Source of the DNA: an uncultured cyanobacterium
Lineage (GTDB): Bacteria > Cyanobacteriota > Cyanobacteriia > Phormidesmidales > Phormidesmidaceae
Direction of reading: 5' to 3'
Assembly: GCA_963793265.1 (NCBI GenBank)
Contig: CAWBZI010000002.1
Span: forward strand, 640,001 to 704,000
DNA: 64,000 nt
Every line of letters begins with the position of its first letter. Position 1 is the stretch's first letter. Position numbers and translations under genes: made by a program. This document shows, piece after piece, positions 53,479-63,504 of this stretch. The notes under the pieces are model-generated. The model ran no database searches. It saw only the letters and a program-made list of their open reading frames with translations, and had not been told where the DNA came from.

Positions 53479-53934
53479 ATGAAACAACAAAACTTATTAC
53501 GACAAGCTCGAATAACAGTTCAGTTAACCAGCGTCGCTTTTTTACTCGTCGGCAGCATTATGTTAGGAAGCTGCACACCCTCTACTACTGATACGACTGA
53601 CACACCCATTTCATCATCCGAACCTGCGACTCAGCCAGAGGTTCCGGTTCCACCGACAGCCGCCCCCATTGGAGAAGCTGAACTACCCGCTGAGGTAGAG
53701 GCAAGTGTTCTTCAAGACATCGCAACTACAGACAATGTTCCAGCCGAAGAACTACAAATTACGAATGCTCGCCCTGAAGCCTGGCCCGATGGCTGCTTAG
53801 GATTAGGTGGTTCCGATGAGATTTGCACCTTTGCAATCGTAGACGGGTGGGAAGTTGCCGTTGAGCGTGGGGAAGAGCAGTGGGTGTATCGGACGAACAG
53901 TGATGGGAGTGTGGTAAGAAGAGCGATCGCCTAA
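53479..53934 (+). CDS. hypothetical lipoprotein
   Basis: Lipobox LGSC; WPDGCLGL...C...GW...WVYRT. Confidence 0.75.
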   Translation: MKQQNLLRQARITVQLTSVAFLLVGSIMLGSCTPSTTDTTDTPISSSEPATQPEVPVPPTAAPIGEAELPAEVEASVLQDIATTDNVPAEELQITNARPEAWPDGCLGLGGSDEICTFAIVDGWEVAVERGEEQWVYRTNSDGSVVRRAIA

Positions 53935-53950
53935 CAAGCAAAGTCAAACC

Positions 53951-55105
53951 TCACAAATTGGCCTTCAGTAAGTCACAAACATGCTGTGCCGTTGCAGGCG
54001 CTAGCAGCACTCCATTGCGATAGTGGCCCGTTGCCAGCAACACATTATTCGTGTCACCTAGCGGCTTAATTACAGGAGCCGGTTGGCCGACTGGGCGAGG
54101 GCGAATGCCGCTCCAGGTTTTAAGAACTTTGGCTTGAGCTAAAGCGCTCACAAAGCTTTCAGCACCTTGCCGCAAGTTCGCAAGACCTTCGGCTTCGGCT
54201 TCTAGTTTGTCCATATCAGCCCAGTCATCAGGCGGAAACTCCACCGTTGCGCCTATCCAATAGCGCCCTTTGCCTAGCGGGACAAACTGAATGTCGTGAC
54301 CATTAACCACTGGCTGAAAGTTTTCTTTCCCTAACACTTCGGGCAAAGCAACTTCCATGGCCTGACCAAGCACTGGCATTAGTTCTAAGGGTTCGTTTAC
54401 AAACCGCGTCAGCACCGCCGAGCCCAATCCTGCTGATAGCACAACCCAATCAGCCTCAAAATCACCCCGACTTGTTTGCAAAGCTGAACATCGCTGCTCA
54501 GACACTTCTATTTGAATAACATCAGCGTCATCGTAAAACTTGACGCCATTTTCTCTCGCCGCAGCGATCAAAGCACGAGTGAGTTCTACCGGGTGCACCT
54601 GTGCGTCAGCGGGCGAATAAATCGCTGCTTTCACAGTAGAATTATCTTCTGATTTAGTATCGCCCAAGACTTCTAGTTCAGTGTCGCCCAAGCTGATGTG
54701 CGGACAGCGGTCTTTCAGTTCATTCAGCGTCCAAATCTCTAACGGCCAGCCCTGCGCTTTTCGCTTTTCTCGCAACGTTTCCCACCGAGGCAGCTTACTC
54801 TCGTCGTAGCACAGGCTGACAATGCCCTGCGAGTTAAAAGGCACTGAGTAGCCTTGCTCTGATAGCTCTGCGATTAACGACCCGTAGCGTCGAATGCTCG
54901 CCTCTCGCAGCCGCCAGGTTCTTCCTTTCACTTTTCCACTAATCGCGCCCATCAGCACACCTAATGCTGCGCCCGTCGATCCTTGAGCAGGCGGCTGGCG
55001 GTCGAGAACAACAATCTCTGCGGAGAGCTGTCGGCTCAGCTCGTAAGCGGTTAGCGCACCCACAATACCGCAGCCAACAACAACAATTTTGGGCTTTGTA
55101 TTCAT
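53951..55105 (-). CDS. FAD-dependent oxidoreductase (DAO/glycine oxidase-like)
   Basis: GCGIVG, WSGIRPRP, GHYRNGVLLAP. Confidence 0.9.
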   Translation of the reverse strand: MNTKPKIVVVGCGIVGALTAYELSRQLSAEIVVLDRQPPAQGSTGAALGVLMGAISGKVKGRTWRLREASIRRYGSLIAELSEQGYSVPFNSQGIVSLCYDESKLPRWETLREKRKAQGWPLEIWTLNELKDRCPHISLGDTELEVLGDTKSEDNSTVKAAIYSPADAQVHPVELTRALIAAARENGVKFYDDADVIQIEVSEQRCSALQTSRGDFEADWVVLSAGLGSAVLTRFVNEPLELMPVLGQAMEVALPEVLGKENFQPVVNGHDIQFVPLGKGRYWIGATVEFPPDDWADMDKLEAEAEGLANLRQGAESFVSALAQAKVLKTWSGIRPRPVGQPAPVIKPLGDTNNVLLATGHYRNGVLLAPATAQHVCDLLKANL

Positions 55106-55169
55106 AAAAAAAACAGCAGAGAACGGAACACCATTCTCTGCTTTATAAAAGATCTAACAGTCTAAAAAC

Positions 55170-55793
55170 CTAGCCGTTCTCACCTTTATCTATCGCATCG
55201 GGTGCTTCACTAGGGGCAGCGGGCTCCTCATCGATCATCACAGGGGCGCGAACCATGTCTTCAGGCTCAGCGCGAATGGCTTCAGGATCAGGAATGCTAG
55301 TGGTCATATCGTATACGCTGGGCTCCTCAAACTCTTCTGCCTTTTTGCGAGCGTCTTCAGGTACAACGCTTAAAAAGGTGTCAAAGTCATCAACAAACTC
55401 GCGATACTGGAAAATAGCGTCATTGTAATTACGCTCTTGAGAAGCTTCATCCAAATTTTGCAGGTGCGCCAGCATTTCTTCAGTCATGGCCTTGGCCTTG
55501 GGCTGATCGTCAGGCAATAGCTGATTGGTCAGGCGCGTTAGCTCTGAGCGAATTTGGCCGAGTGGGCCGTGTGTAAAGTTGTCTACATTGACCCAGTTAT
55601 CTTTTTCAATGTAGTTGGCTAGCTCGGGCAGTCTTTCGCGAGCAATTTCAACGCGGTTGACGTAGTTTTGAAGCTGAGAAATTTTCTCAGGGGTGTAGGT
55701 CGGGGCGACAGCTTCGGGGGCGCTGCCGCAGCTCACTAAGAAAGTGGCGATCGCAGCTATCAAAACCCCGACTACTGCTCTGTATCGTCTCAT
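55170..55793 (-). CDS. psbQ: photosystem II lipoprotein PsbQ (CyanoQ)
   Basis: Lipobox LVSC, PTYTPE, HGPLGQIR, LLPDDQ. Confidence 0.9.
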   Translation of the reverse strand: MRRYRAVVGVLIAAIATFLVSCGSAPEAVAPTYTPEKISQLQNYVNRVEIARERLPELANYIEKDNWVNVDNFTHGPLGQIRSELTRLTNQLLPDDQPKAKAMTEEMLAHLQNLDEASQERNYNDAIFQYREFVDDFDTFLSVVPEDARKKAEEFEEPSVYDMTTSIPDPEAIRAEPEDMVRAPVMIDEEPAAPSEAPDAIDKGENG

Positions 55794-55887
55794 GGAAGAA
55801 CCTCACGTTTCGTTATAAAGATTGCGGGATCTAGTGTAAATCACGCTGCCGCCAGATCAAACGTCCCAAAGGCCATAGACAATTGCG

Positions 55888-57018
55888 CTAGGTTCGCCAT
55901 AGGGCATCAGCCATCCGACAGACGTCGCGCATTTGAGGGCCGTCGTGAACGCGAAGAATATCAGCACCGTGGGCGATCGCACAGTCCAAAGTCGCCGCCG
56001 TGCCCCACACCCGATCCTTCGCCTCTGGCTGATTCAGTAGCCTGCCAATAAAGCTTTTACGCGAAGTGCCCACCAAAATCGGACATCCCAGCGCCTTCAG
56101 CTTTTCTAGCTCACGCAAAATCGTAATATTCTGCGCCCCTGTTTTCGCAAAGCCAATCCCTGGATCAATTGCAATCTTTTTAGGATCAACGCCCGCTTCA
56201 ACCGCCTTATCCGCCTGCGCTGCTAAAAAATTAACCAGCTCTCCCATCAAATCGTCATAGTCCGTCATTTGCTGCATCGTCTCAGGCGTACCGCGCAGGT
56301 GCATGAGCATCACAAACGCATCGAACTCAGCCGATACCTTGAGAATATCGGGCTCGTAGGTGCCGCCTGAAATGTCGTTGATGATGTCTGCGCCTGCTTC
56401 AAGCGCAGCGCGGGCAACTTCTGCGCGGGTGGTATCTACTGAAATCGGAATGTCTCGTAGCCAGTCATGCGATGAGCTGCGGATGGCTTTGATGATGGGG
56501 ATGACGCGATCGCACTCCTCGCTTAAAGTCGTCGGCTTCGAGCCTGGCCTAGCAGACTGGCCCCCAATATCCAAAATATCCATCTTGGCTTCTACTAACG
56601 CCTTCGCCTGAGCCAGCGCTGTTTCTACCGTATTGAACTCGCCGCCGTCACTGAAACTATCGGGCGTTACGTTCAATACGCCCATCAAATAAGAGCGATC
56701 GCCCCACGCAAACCGATGATCGCGAATCTGCCAGGGCGCTACTGCCGAACCCGCCTTTGCGATAGCCGCTTCCTTTTGGCCTTCTTCAATGAACAGTCGT
56801 GCCAGGCGATCGTAAGTGCCAGGGCCTAAGTATTCAGGGTGCGATCGCCCCCGACCGAACACCCATACCGGCACCCACCCCCGCTCAGACCTTTCTAAAA
56901 TACGAATATCTTTGAACCAGCTCTTCAGCGACGACTTCATAGAATTCGCCTTTTCCAGCGCATCCGTCCACCGTTCATATCCCTGCTCAAAGCCAGGTGT
57001 CACAACCTTAAAAGTCAT
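55888..57018 (-). CDS. folP: dihydropteroate synthase with an extra N-terminal domain
   Basis: MGVLNVTPDSFSDGG, DPGIGFAK, SRKSFIG, RVHD. Confidence 0.95.
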   Translation of the reverse strand: MTFKVVTPGFEQGYERWTDALEKANSMKSSLKSWFKDIRILERSERGWVPVWVFGRGRSHPEYLGPGTYDRLARLFIEEGQKEAAIAKAGSAVAPWQIRDHRFAWGDRSYLMGVLNVTPDSFSDGGEFNTVETALAQAKALVEAKMDILDIGGQSARPGSKPTTLSEECDRVIPIIKAIRSSSHDWLRDIPISVDTTRAEVARAALEAGADIINDISGGTYEPDILKVSAEFDAFVMLMHLRGTPETMQQMTDYDDLMGELVNFLAAQADKAVEAGVDPKKIAIDPGIGFAKTGAQNITILRELEKLKALGCPILVGTSRKSFIGRLLNQPEAKDRVWGTAATLDCAIAHGADILRVHDGPQMRDVCRMADALWRT

Positions 57019-57088
57019 GGATTTCTGTCCATATCCCACATACACAAGACCTTACTTATACACCGCTCAAGACCGTTAAAAGTGCAAA

Positions 57089-57448
57089 CTATTCGCGCTC
57101 ATACAGCACCTTTCCTTCCCGTAAAAGCTGCGCGATAAATGGTCGATGCTTACACCGCGACAGCTCTTCAGGTGTGTAGACAATGGCATCTACCGAACGA
57201 GGGGAATCTATTAGTAAGTTTAAGACCTCGCCAATCCTATCTATCGGGCGAATATCGCACTGCCAGAGCATGAACAGGTCTATATCCGACCGGCGGGTTG
57301 CCTCTCCGCGAGCCCAAGAACCGAACAGGATGATTTTCTCTGGCTCAAACTTTGCTCGCAGCCATTCAGTCGCTTCATTCAGCCACGGCTGAATAGTTTC
57401 TATATCTTGAGTTTTGACTGGTCTAAAAACCCTATCAACTTTTGTCAT
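57089..57448 (-). CDS. minimal nucleotidyltransferase (MNT)
   Basis: LFGSWARGEATRRSDIDL, REGKVLYE. Confidence 0.9.
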   Translation of the reverse strand: MTKVDRVFRPVKTQDIETIQPWLNEATEWLRAKFEPEKIILFGSWARGEATRRSDIDLFMLWQCDIRPIDRIGEVLNLLIDSPRSVDAIVYTPEELSRCKHRPFIAQLLREGKVLYERE

Positions 57449-57603
57449 CGCACTTCGTTCCGACTGCCTTGAAGAATCTCACAGCATAATGCTCAAGCAA
57501 AGTTCCATTACATAAACAAGAACCATAAACCATAAGATTTCACTCATAATAAGAGAGCAAGGTCAATAAAATCTGTTTCTCTATTCGTACAGGCCGCATC
57601 CTT

Positions 57604-58449
57604 ATGCTCGAACTTCACAGCCATACCACCTGCTCTGATGGCAGACTGACACCTGCTGAGCTAGTCGAGTTTGCGGCTACACAAGGCGTCAAGGCTTTGG
57701 CCATTACCGATCATGACACGATGGCGGGCTGGGAGGAGGCGATCGCAACCGCCACTCCCTTAAATCTAGAAATCATCCCTGGCTTAGAGCTAAGCACCGT
57801 CTATAACGGACGCTCTATGCACATTTTGGGCTTCTACCCTGACCAAGAAAAACTACGCGAGCCCCTTCAAGAGCGGGTAGAAGGCCGCAAACGTCGTGCC
57901 CGTAAAATGGGTGAAAAGCTCGCGGCACTTGGCTACCCTATTGAGCTGCCCGACATGCCCGGCGCAATGGCCCCCGGTCGTCCTCATATCGCTAGCGCCC
58001 TTAAAAAAGCAGGCCACGTCAACTCCCACAACGAAGCCTTCGATCGCTTCTTAAAAGACGATGGCCCTGCCTACGTTCCCTACGAAAAGTTCACCGCGCA
58101 GCAGGGTATTGAACTTTTGCTAAGCTGCGGTGCGGTGCCAGTATGGGCACATCCTTTCATCTTTCGCGGTGGTACCGTCGAAACCGTTTTACCCGAGCTG
58201 GTCGAAGCCGGGCTGATGGGTATAGAGGTATATCATCCCACTCATAGCGCTAGCCAAACCCGAAAACTAGAAGAATATTGCGCAGAGTATGGTCTACTCA
58301 TGACTGGCGGCAGTGACTATCACGGCCCTAAAAGAGAGAAAAATCGCGATTTTTGCGATCTTAATGATCTAAACGTTTCGCTTAACCTTTTGCCACCTAT
58401 AAAAGCAGCCGCAGCCGCACTAAAAACGACGCCAAAACGCGGCCTATAG
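57604..58449 (+). CDS. PHP domain phosphoesterase
   Basis: LHSHTTCSDG, AITDHD, PGRPH, TGGSDYHG. Confidence 0.93.
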   Translation: MLELHSHTTCSDGRLTPAELVEFAATQGVKALAITDHDTMAGWEEAIATATPLNLEIIPGLELSTVYNGRSMHILGFYPDQEKLREPLQERVEGRKRRARKMGEKLAALGYPIELPDMPGAMAPGRPHIASALKKAGHVNSHNEAFDRFLKDDGPAYVPYEKFTAQQGIELLLSCGAVPVWAHPFIFRGGTVETVLPELVEAGLMGIEVYHPTHSASQTRKLEEYCAEYGLLMTGGSDYHGPKREKNRDFCDLNDLNVSLNLLPPIKAAAAALKTTPKRGL

Positions 58450-58690
58450 ACGGTAAGATAGTTTTGTACACGAGTACGTACACCAAAACAAGTCTTCATA
58501 CAGGCACTTTTTTAGGCTAAAACATCGCTAATTTAACGTAGTCGAATTCCTTTTAGGATGTTCTCGGCTACGTAGCTCAACTTAGGGGTCAGCTCAAAAC
58601 GCTTGGGAACGTTAAAAATATTCATATAGACGCTTGACCTAGCTCGAAGGGTTACTCAGACCCCCAAAGGCTGCTCAAACTTTTCAACCT

Positions 58691-59323
58691 GTGACTACTT
58701 TCTCTCCTTCTATTTTTTCGCCTGCTAAGCGATTATCTCAGAAAATTATTCCTCAAAGGTTTGTAGCGCCTCAGGCCGGGCGCGGCATGTTAATCGTCAT
58801 CGATGCCAACGTCGAGCATGGCGACGCGCTGGCAGCCGGAGCTATTCGAGGATCTAGGCTACTCATGCTCGATAGTGAGCGAGACGCAATCGGCCAAATC
58901 ACTCAAGAGGTTCATCGTTTTCCAGGCAAGTTTAAGAGCCTGCATATCGTCACTCACGGCTCCCCAGGCTGCCTTCACTTCAGCAGCGGCGACCTTGACC
59001 TAAGCAATCTCCATACCTACGCCGCCGAAATTGAATCCTGGTTTAGCTACCAACCAATCCGCAGAGGCTCTGATATCAGAGTCCAGTCTGTCGAAAGTTC
59101 GCTCTCGCTCTATGCCTGTAGTTTGGCAATGGGGGATGTTGGTGAAGAGTTTATAGAGAAGCTACAGTTCCTTAGCGGCGTCAGCGTTCATGCCTCGCAG
59201 GGCAAAGTCGGTAGCACCGCGCTTGATGGTAGCTGGCAGCTAGAGGTAGCGCATCCTTTTCCACGCCAGGTCAGCTTTCCATTCACCGAAGATCTGCTAG
59301 ACACTTACGAGGCAGTTGCGTAG
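58691..59323 (+). CDS. stand-alone DUF4347-like domain protein
   Basis: LHIVTHGSPGCL, LYACSLA...GEEFIEKL, GSWQLE. Confidence 0.8.
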   Translation: MTTFSPSIFSPAKRLSQKIIPQRFVAPQAGRGMLIVIDANVEHGDALAAGAIRGSRLLMLDSERDAIGQITQEVHRFPGKFKSLHIVTHGSPGCLHFSSGDLDLSNLHTYAAEIESWFSYQPIRRGSDIRVQSVESSLSLYACSLAMGDVGEEFIEKLQFLSGVSVHASQGKVGSTALDGSWQLEVAHPFPRQVSFPFTEDLLDTYEAVA

Positions 59324-59368
59324 AAGATGTAAGCAGTTTAGAAAGACTCTAAAAACAAATAAGAACGC

Positions 59369-59406
59369 AAGAAGCGGACGGTAGACATGTCTACCGTCCG
59401 CTTCTT
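59369..59406. terminator. perfect 38-bp palindrome, probable bidirectional terminator
   Basis: aagaagcggacggtagaca|tgtctaccgtccgcttctt between convergent genes. Confidence 0.8.
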
Positions 59407-59442
59407 TATAACTCAATTAATCGAAGCTCGAAACAACCTGCT

Positions 59443-60651
59443 CTAGCTGGCTGCCAGGTAACCGTTGACAGAAGCCTTGCGGCGACGCAGGTGCTTAAGC
59501 GCTTGCTGCTCTAACTGGCGAACACGCTCACGGCTAATGCCCATGCGCTGACCGACCTTAGCCAGCGAGAGTGGCGTACCGTCACCCAGACCAAATCGCA
59601 GGTTGATGACTTCTTGCTGCTGAGGCGTTAGCTCTGAGAGCATTCTGAAGATATCCTGACGCAAAGACTGCTGAACTGTGTAGTCTTCAGGAGAAGCACC
59701 GTCATCTTCTAGTAAGTCTTGCAGTTCGGTGTCTTGGTTGTCGCCAATGCGTACGTCTAGAGAAATCGGCTGGCGAGAAATCGAAAGATACTCACGCACC
59801 TGCTTGGGCTCTAGCTCTAGCTCAGCGCCAATTTCAGTGGCGTTGGGGCTGCGACCCAGCTTTTGAGAAAGCTCACGCTGAACGCGCTTGATTTTGTTGA
59901 GCTTTTCGGTGATGTGAATCGGGAGACGAATGGTGCGCGCCTGCTGAGCGATCGCCCGAGTAATCGCCTGACGAATCCACCAGTAAGCATAGGTCGAGAA
60001 CTTATAGCCCTTCATCGGGTCAAACTTCTCTACGCCGCGCTCAAGCCCTAGCGTACCTTCTTGAATGAGGTCTAAAAACTCCAGGTTGCGCTTTTGATAT
60101 TTCTTGGCAACCGCGACCACCAGGCGCAAATTAGCCTCAATCATCTTACGCTTAGACCGCTGCCCGCGACGCAAGTGGTTGTCTAGTTCAGCCTCAGTCA
60201 TGTTTGCTGCTACGGCCCACTCGGCGCGAGAAATTTCAGGCTTCTCAGCACCCTCATCTGAACCGTCTTCTGAGCCATCAGGCAAATCAGCCTCAAGCGA
60301 CGCTTTGATTTCGAGCAGCGCCATGAGCTTCTGAACCTGCTTACCTAGCACGATTTCATCTTCGTGACTAAGTAGAGGAACGCGGCCAATCTCATGCAGA
60401 TAAGCCCGCACGGCGTCTGTCGTATAAACAGGTCTAGCCTTGCGCTTAGTCGTTTTCTTCTTTTTAGTCGCGGCCTTAGTTGCCGTCTTGTCTGCTGTTT
60501 TGGTTGCTGTCTTTGCCACTGTTTTTGCTGCTGTTTTTTTAGTGCTTACTGCTTTAGCTTTTGCCGCCTTCTTATCGCTAGTTTTTGCTGCCTCAGCACC
60601 CTTCGCGACTTCGCGGGCTTCTGTAGTGCCGGACTGTGATGTAGTTGCCAT
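59443..60651 (-). CDS. group 2 RNA polymerase sigma-70 factor (SigB-like)
   Basis: YLHEIGRVPLL, ANLRLVVAVAKKY, FSTYAYWWIRQAITRA, SRERVRQLE. Confidence 0.93.
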   Translation of the reverse strand: MATTSQSGTTEAREVAKGAEAAKTSDKKAAKAKAVSTKKTAAKTVAKTATKTADKTATKAATKKKKTTKRKARPVYTTDAVRAYLHEIGRVPLLSHEDEIVLGKQVQKLMALLEIKASLEADLPDGSEDGSDEGAEKPEISRAEWAVAANMTEAELDNHLRRGQRSKRKMIEANLRLVVAVAKKYQKRNLEFLDLIQEGTLGLERGVEKFDPMKGYKFSTYAYWWIRQAITRAIAQQARTIRLPIHITEKLNKIKRVQRELSQKLGRSPNATEIGAELELEPKQVREYLSISRQPISLDVRIGDNQDTELQDLLEDDGASPEDYTVQQSLRQDIFRMLSELTPQQQEVINLRFGLGDGTPLSLAKVGQRMGISRERVRQLEQQALKHLRRRKASVNGYLAAS

Positions 60652-61325
60652 GGGTGTTTGGGCCTCCGCCGAAAAATTCTTTTTGAAATCGAATGACGCT
60701 AATATCTTCTCAACTCGGAATCATTATGAGTTCATATTAGCATGATGCGATACCTCTAGCTGCTGTAATTGGGTATAAGCCGATGGACTTAACTGAAATG
60801 TGAAAGTCGGATAAACTGAAAGGGAGATAGAATAGGCGTGATAGGAAGCGTTGGTTCAATCTCTGGTTTATCTAAGCACGACAGCTACAAAGATCCTTGA
60901 GAGGTCGTTGAGCAGTAGATTAGAACCTGCTTAGAGGCTCGCCTTTCAGTATGATTAACAACTTTTATATTGTGTCAAATAGCGCACGTGCTATCAGTGG
61001 TGGTTGCCCATCGTGATGACCGTACCTAGCCGCACAGTCGTTGACTCACTCAGGCTCATACCCCTTCCCAACAGCATCATAGAGATGCTTCGGGTAAGAC
61101 ACATCTGTCAGCAGGCTTACTTCTATCACTACCCTAAGCGCTAGCCGACGCCAGAAGTAACAACAGATTCGCAGCTTGGGTATCTACTAAACGCGAAACT
61201 TACCTAAAGTGACGTTGAGAGACTGTCTTTTATCCACTGTTTGCCAGTGGCGTTAAACGCTTGAGCCTTAGTCTCTTAACAGTCAGATGCATGTAACAGT
61301 CAAATTCACGATTAGCAAAGGCGTC

Positions 61326-61341
61326 TGTAAGATTAGCTACA
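61326..61341. promoter_or_regulatory. candidate NtcA box
   Basis: TGTA-AGATTAGC-TACA matches GTA-N8-TAC, upstream of the sigma gene. Confidence 0.45.
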
Positions 61342-61387
61342 GTAATGCTATCTAGCGATAGACGCTACTGGGTGTAGGCCGCTATGT

Positions 61388-61415
61388 AAATAGGCACAGT
61401 CAAATAGGCACAGTC
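61388..61415. repeat. 14-bp direct duplication AAATAGGCACAGTC x2
   Basis: Read directly. Confidence 0.9.
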
Positions 61416-61779
61416 CCGAGCAGAGGTATCAGAATCGCTCGCAGGCGCTCGCAGAAACGACACATGTAGAGTAGAAGACTCATCAACTCCTTAAAAAGTT
61501 CTTTTTTCCAAGAAACTTTTTTCAATTTACTGATGCAAACTGTATCAGATTGTCAGAGAAGATAGATATTCGCGAACAATTTCTTTATTGATTAGTCTCT
61601 TATCGCTGGCTATGTTGCACCATATCTATAGTTACTACAGATAACAAAGGTGTGTAAAAAGAGAGACTCTTAGCTGTGTAAATGCGGACACTAGCGCAGA
61701 ATTTCTGTCTTAATGTATCGGAGGTTCGTGCGTGAAGTTTCGACGGTTCAATAGTAGCGTTTGCGCAGTGAGGGGGCAC

Positions 61780-63504
61780 TTAGCGGATGCGGTAAAACCA
61801 TTTGGCTTGGTTGGGTGCTAGTTTTTGAGAGAAAACGCGATAGCATTGGCTTAATCCTGTCAACAACATTTGAAAGGGTATTGGGGAGATGGCCATTGAG
61901 CCTTCAATCCAGCGATCGCGAGTCGCCGCAGATTCAGCCTTAGCGCCCTGTATCAATCGCTTGGCAAACGCAGGCAGTTCCCATAGACGAATGGGCCTGG
62001 CGATCGCTCGATTTTTCATCGCCTGCTCATCCTGCTGCTCCTTCATATGTAGTGCTGCTTGCAAAGCTACCAGTGATCGCACATCCGCAGGCTTTGGATT
62101 GGCTAGAAACTTAACCGCGTTACGTATGGCATAGCGCTTGAGCATATCGAGGTGATGCTTGAGCGCAGGCGATCGCCCAAAAACAGCGGCGTAGTCCAGC
62201 AGTATCTCTCGATAGCTGATGAGTTCGTCCGCACTTGCAGCCGATAGGAACAACGACAATATCTGACGGTATTCAAATAGATAGACCATTCCCTCCGGTA
62301 GCTTAGAAGGGCTCATAGGGGCTTCTAAATAGGCCAGATACATTTGCCGTTGGTAGCTCACAGTCTGAGGCTGTTCGATTAGATTTAGTAGGCCGAAGTG
62401 AAGACCTTGAGACATATCAGTAATCGGCCAGTCCAGACGCCAGTCTATACCAACTGATGCTGAGAGGACTTGGCTACGATCGCTTTTCAACTCACCATCG
62501 GGTTGGTGATGAGGTATAGCAGCAGCGGGCTGAAGCGTCGGCAGCGCCTGAGAATCTGATTGTTGCCAGGCCCAAGCGATGTTTTGAGCGATCGCGAGCA
62601 GTCCTGAGTCTACAAAGTAAAGCTGCTGAACGCCTTCCTGCTGAGCCGTTGTCAGCACCCAGGCGACATAGCCTACGAGAAGAGGAGCAATCACGTCTGC
62701 GGCTAATGTGGCCCGCTCGCGGCTTTGAGCACCAAAGTCGTGCCGTAGCCTGACTGAACGACTAAGGCCGATAAGATGCGATCGCACCCAGTTATTACCG
62801 ACTAGCTCCGAACGAAAGCCCGTTTCGTACCGATTTGGCGCGCCTTGAGTAAAAAAGGTTGTTTGTACGCCTAGCCGCTGCGCGCCGCGAATGTCGGCGT
62901 AGATACTATCACCTGTGTGATGAAGCTGGTTTAGCTCCAGGCCGTGCTCGTCGCAGGCATAGGCAAACAGTCGTCCGCTCCCTTTGCTCAAGCCCGTATC
63001 AGAAGAAACGTACACGCTATCTTCACCATTTGTAAACCCGTGCTCTATCAGCATTTGACGAATCACAGAGCCCGGTAGGTACATATCGGAAATGAATATA
63101 ATTTGGTGGCCCTGCAATCGCAGCCGCCTGACACGGCGCTGGGTGTTCACAATCGGACTCACTGCTGATAGCTCCACCTCTATTTCTTCGGCTGCTGCTT
63201 GGGCTGGGCTGATGCCGTAGGGCTGCAAGCTCGGTGCGAGGGTTTGGTAGATTTCGGTCAGGGTGATGTCGTCGCGGGTGGAGCGATCGCGCGTGGAGCG
63301 TTCGGCCCCGATTCGCGATCGCGCTAACGCCTTGGCAGTGGTTTCTAGCGCTTGAGTAGATAGCCCTTTACCCGTCAGCAGTTTTGTAAACAACAGCTCA
63401 AACAGATCGGCAGGCTGCGCGCAATAGCGCGTGATGCAGGTGTCGAATACGTCGAAGGAGAACGTTTTGGGCTTAGATTGCTTAGCAGAGAGTGAGCTGG
63501 GCAC
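61780..63504 (-). CDS. HAD-superfamily hydrolase (type often found near polysaccharide loci)
   Basis: FDVFDTCITR, ISDMYL, KGSGRLF, HTGDSIYADI. Confidence 0.85.
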   Translation of the reverse strand: MPSSLSAKQSKPKTFSFDVFDTCITRYCAQPADLFELLFTKLLTGKGLSTQALETTAKALARSRIGAERSTRDRSTRDDITLTEIYQTLAPSLQPYGISPAQAAAEEIEVELSAVSPIVNTQRRVRRLRLQGHQIIFISDMYLPGSVIRQMLIEHGFTNGEDSVYVSSDTGLSKGSGRLFAYACDEHGLELNQLHHTGDSIYADIRGAQRLGVQTTFFTQGAPNRYETGFRSELVGNNWVRSHLIGLSRSVRLRHDFGAQSRERATLAADVIAPLLVGYVAWVLTTAQQEGVQQLYFVDSGLLAIAQNIAWAWQQSDSQALPTLQPAAAIPHHQPDGELKSDRSQVLSASVGIDWRLDWPITDMSQGLHFGLLNLIEQPQTVSYQRQMYLAYLEAPMSPSKLPEGMVYLFEYRQILSLFLSAASADELISYREILLDYAAVFGRSPALKHHLDMLKRYAIRNAVKFLANPKPADVRSLVALQAALHMKEQQDEQAMKNRAIARPIRLWELPAFAKRLIQGAKAESAATRDRWIEGSMAISPIPFQMLLTGLSQCYRVFSQKLAPNQAKWFYRIR

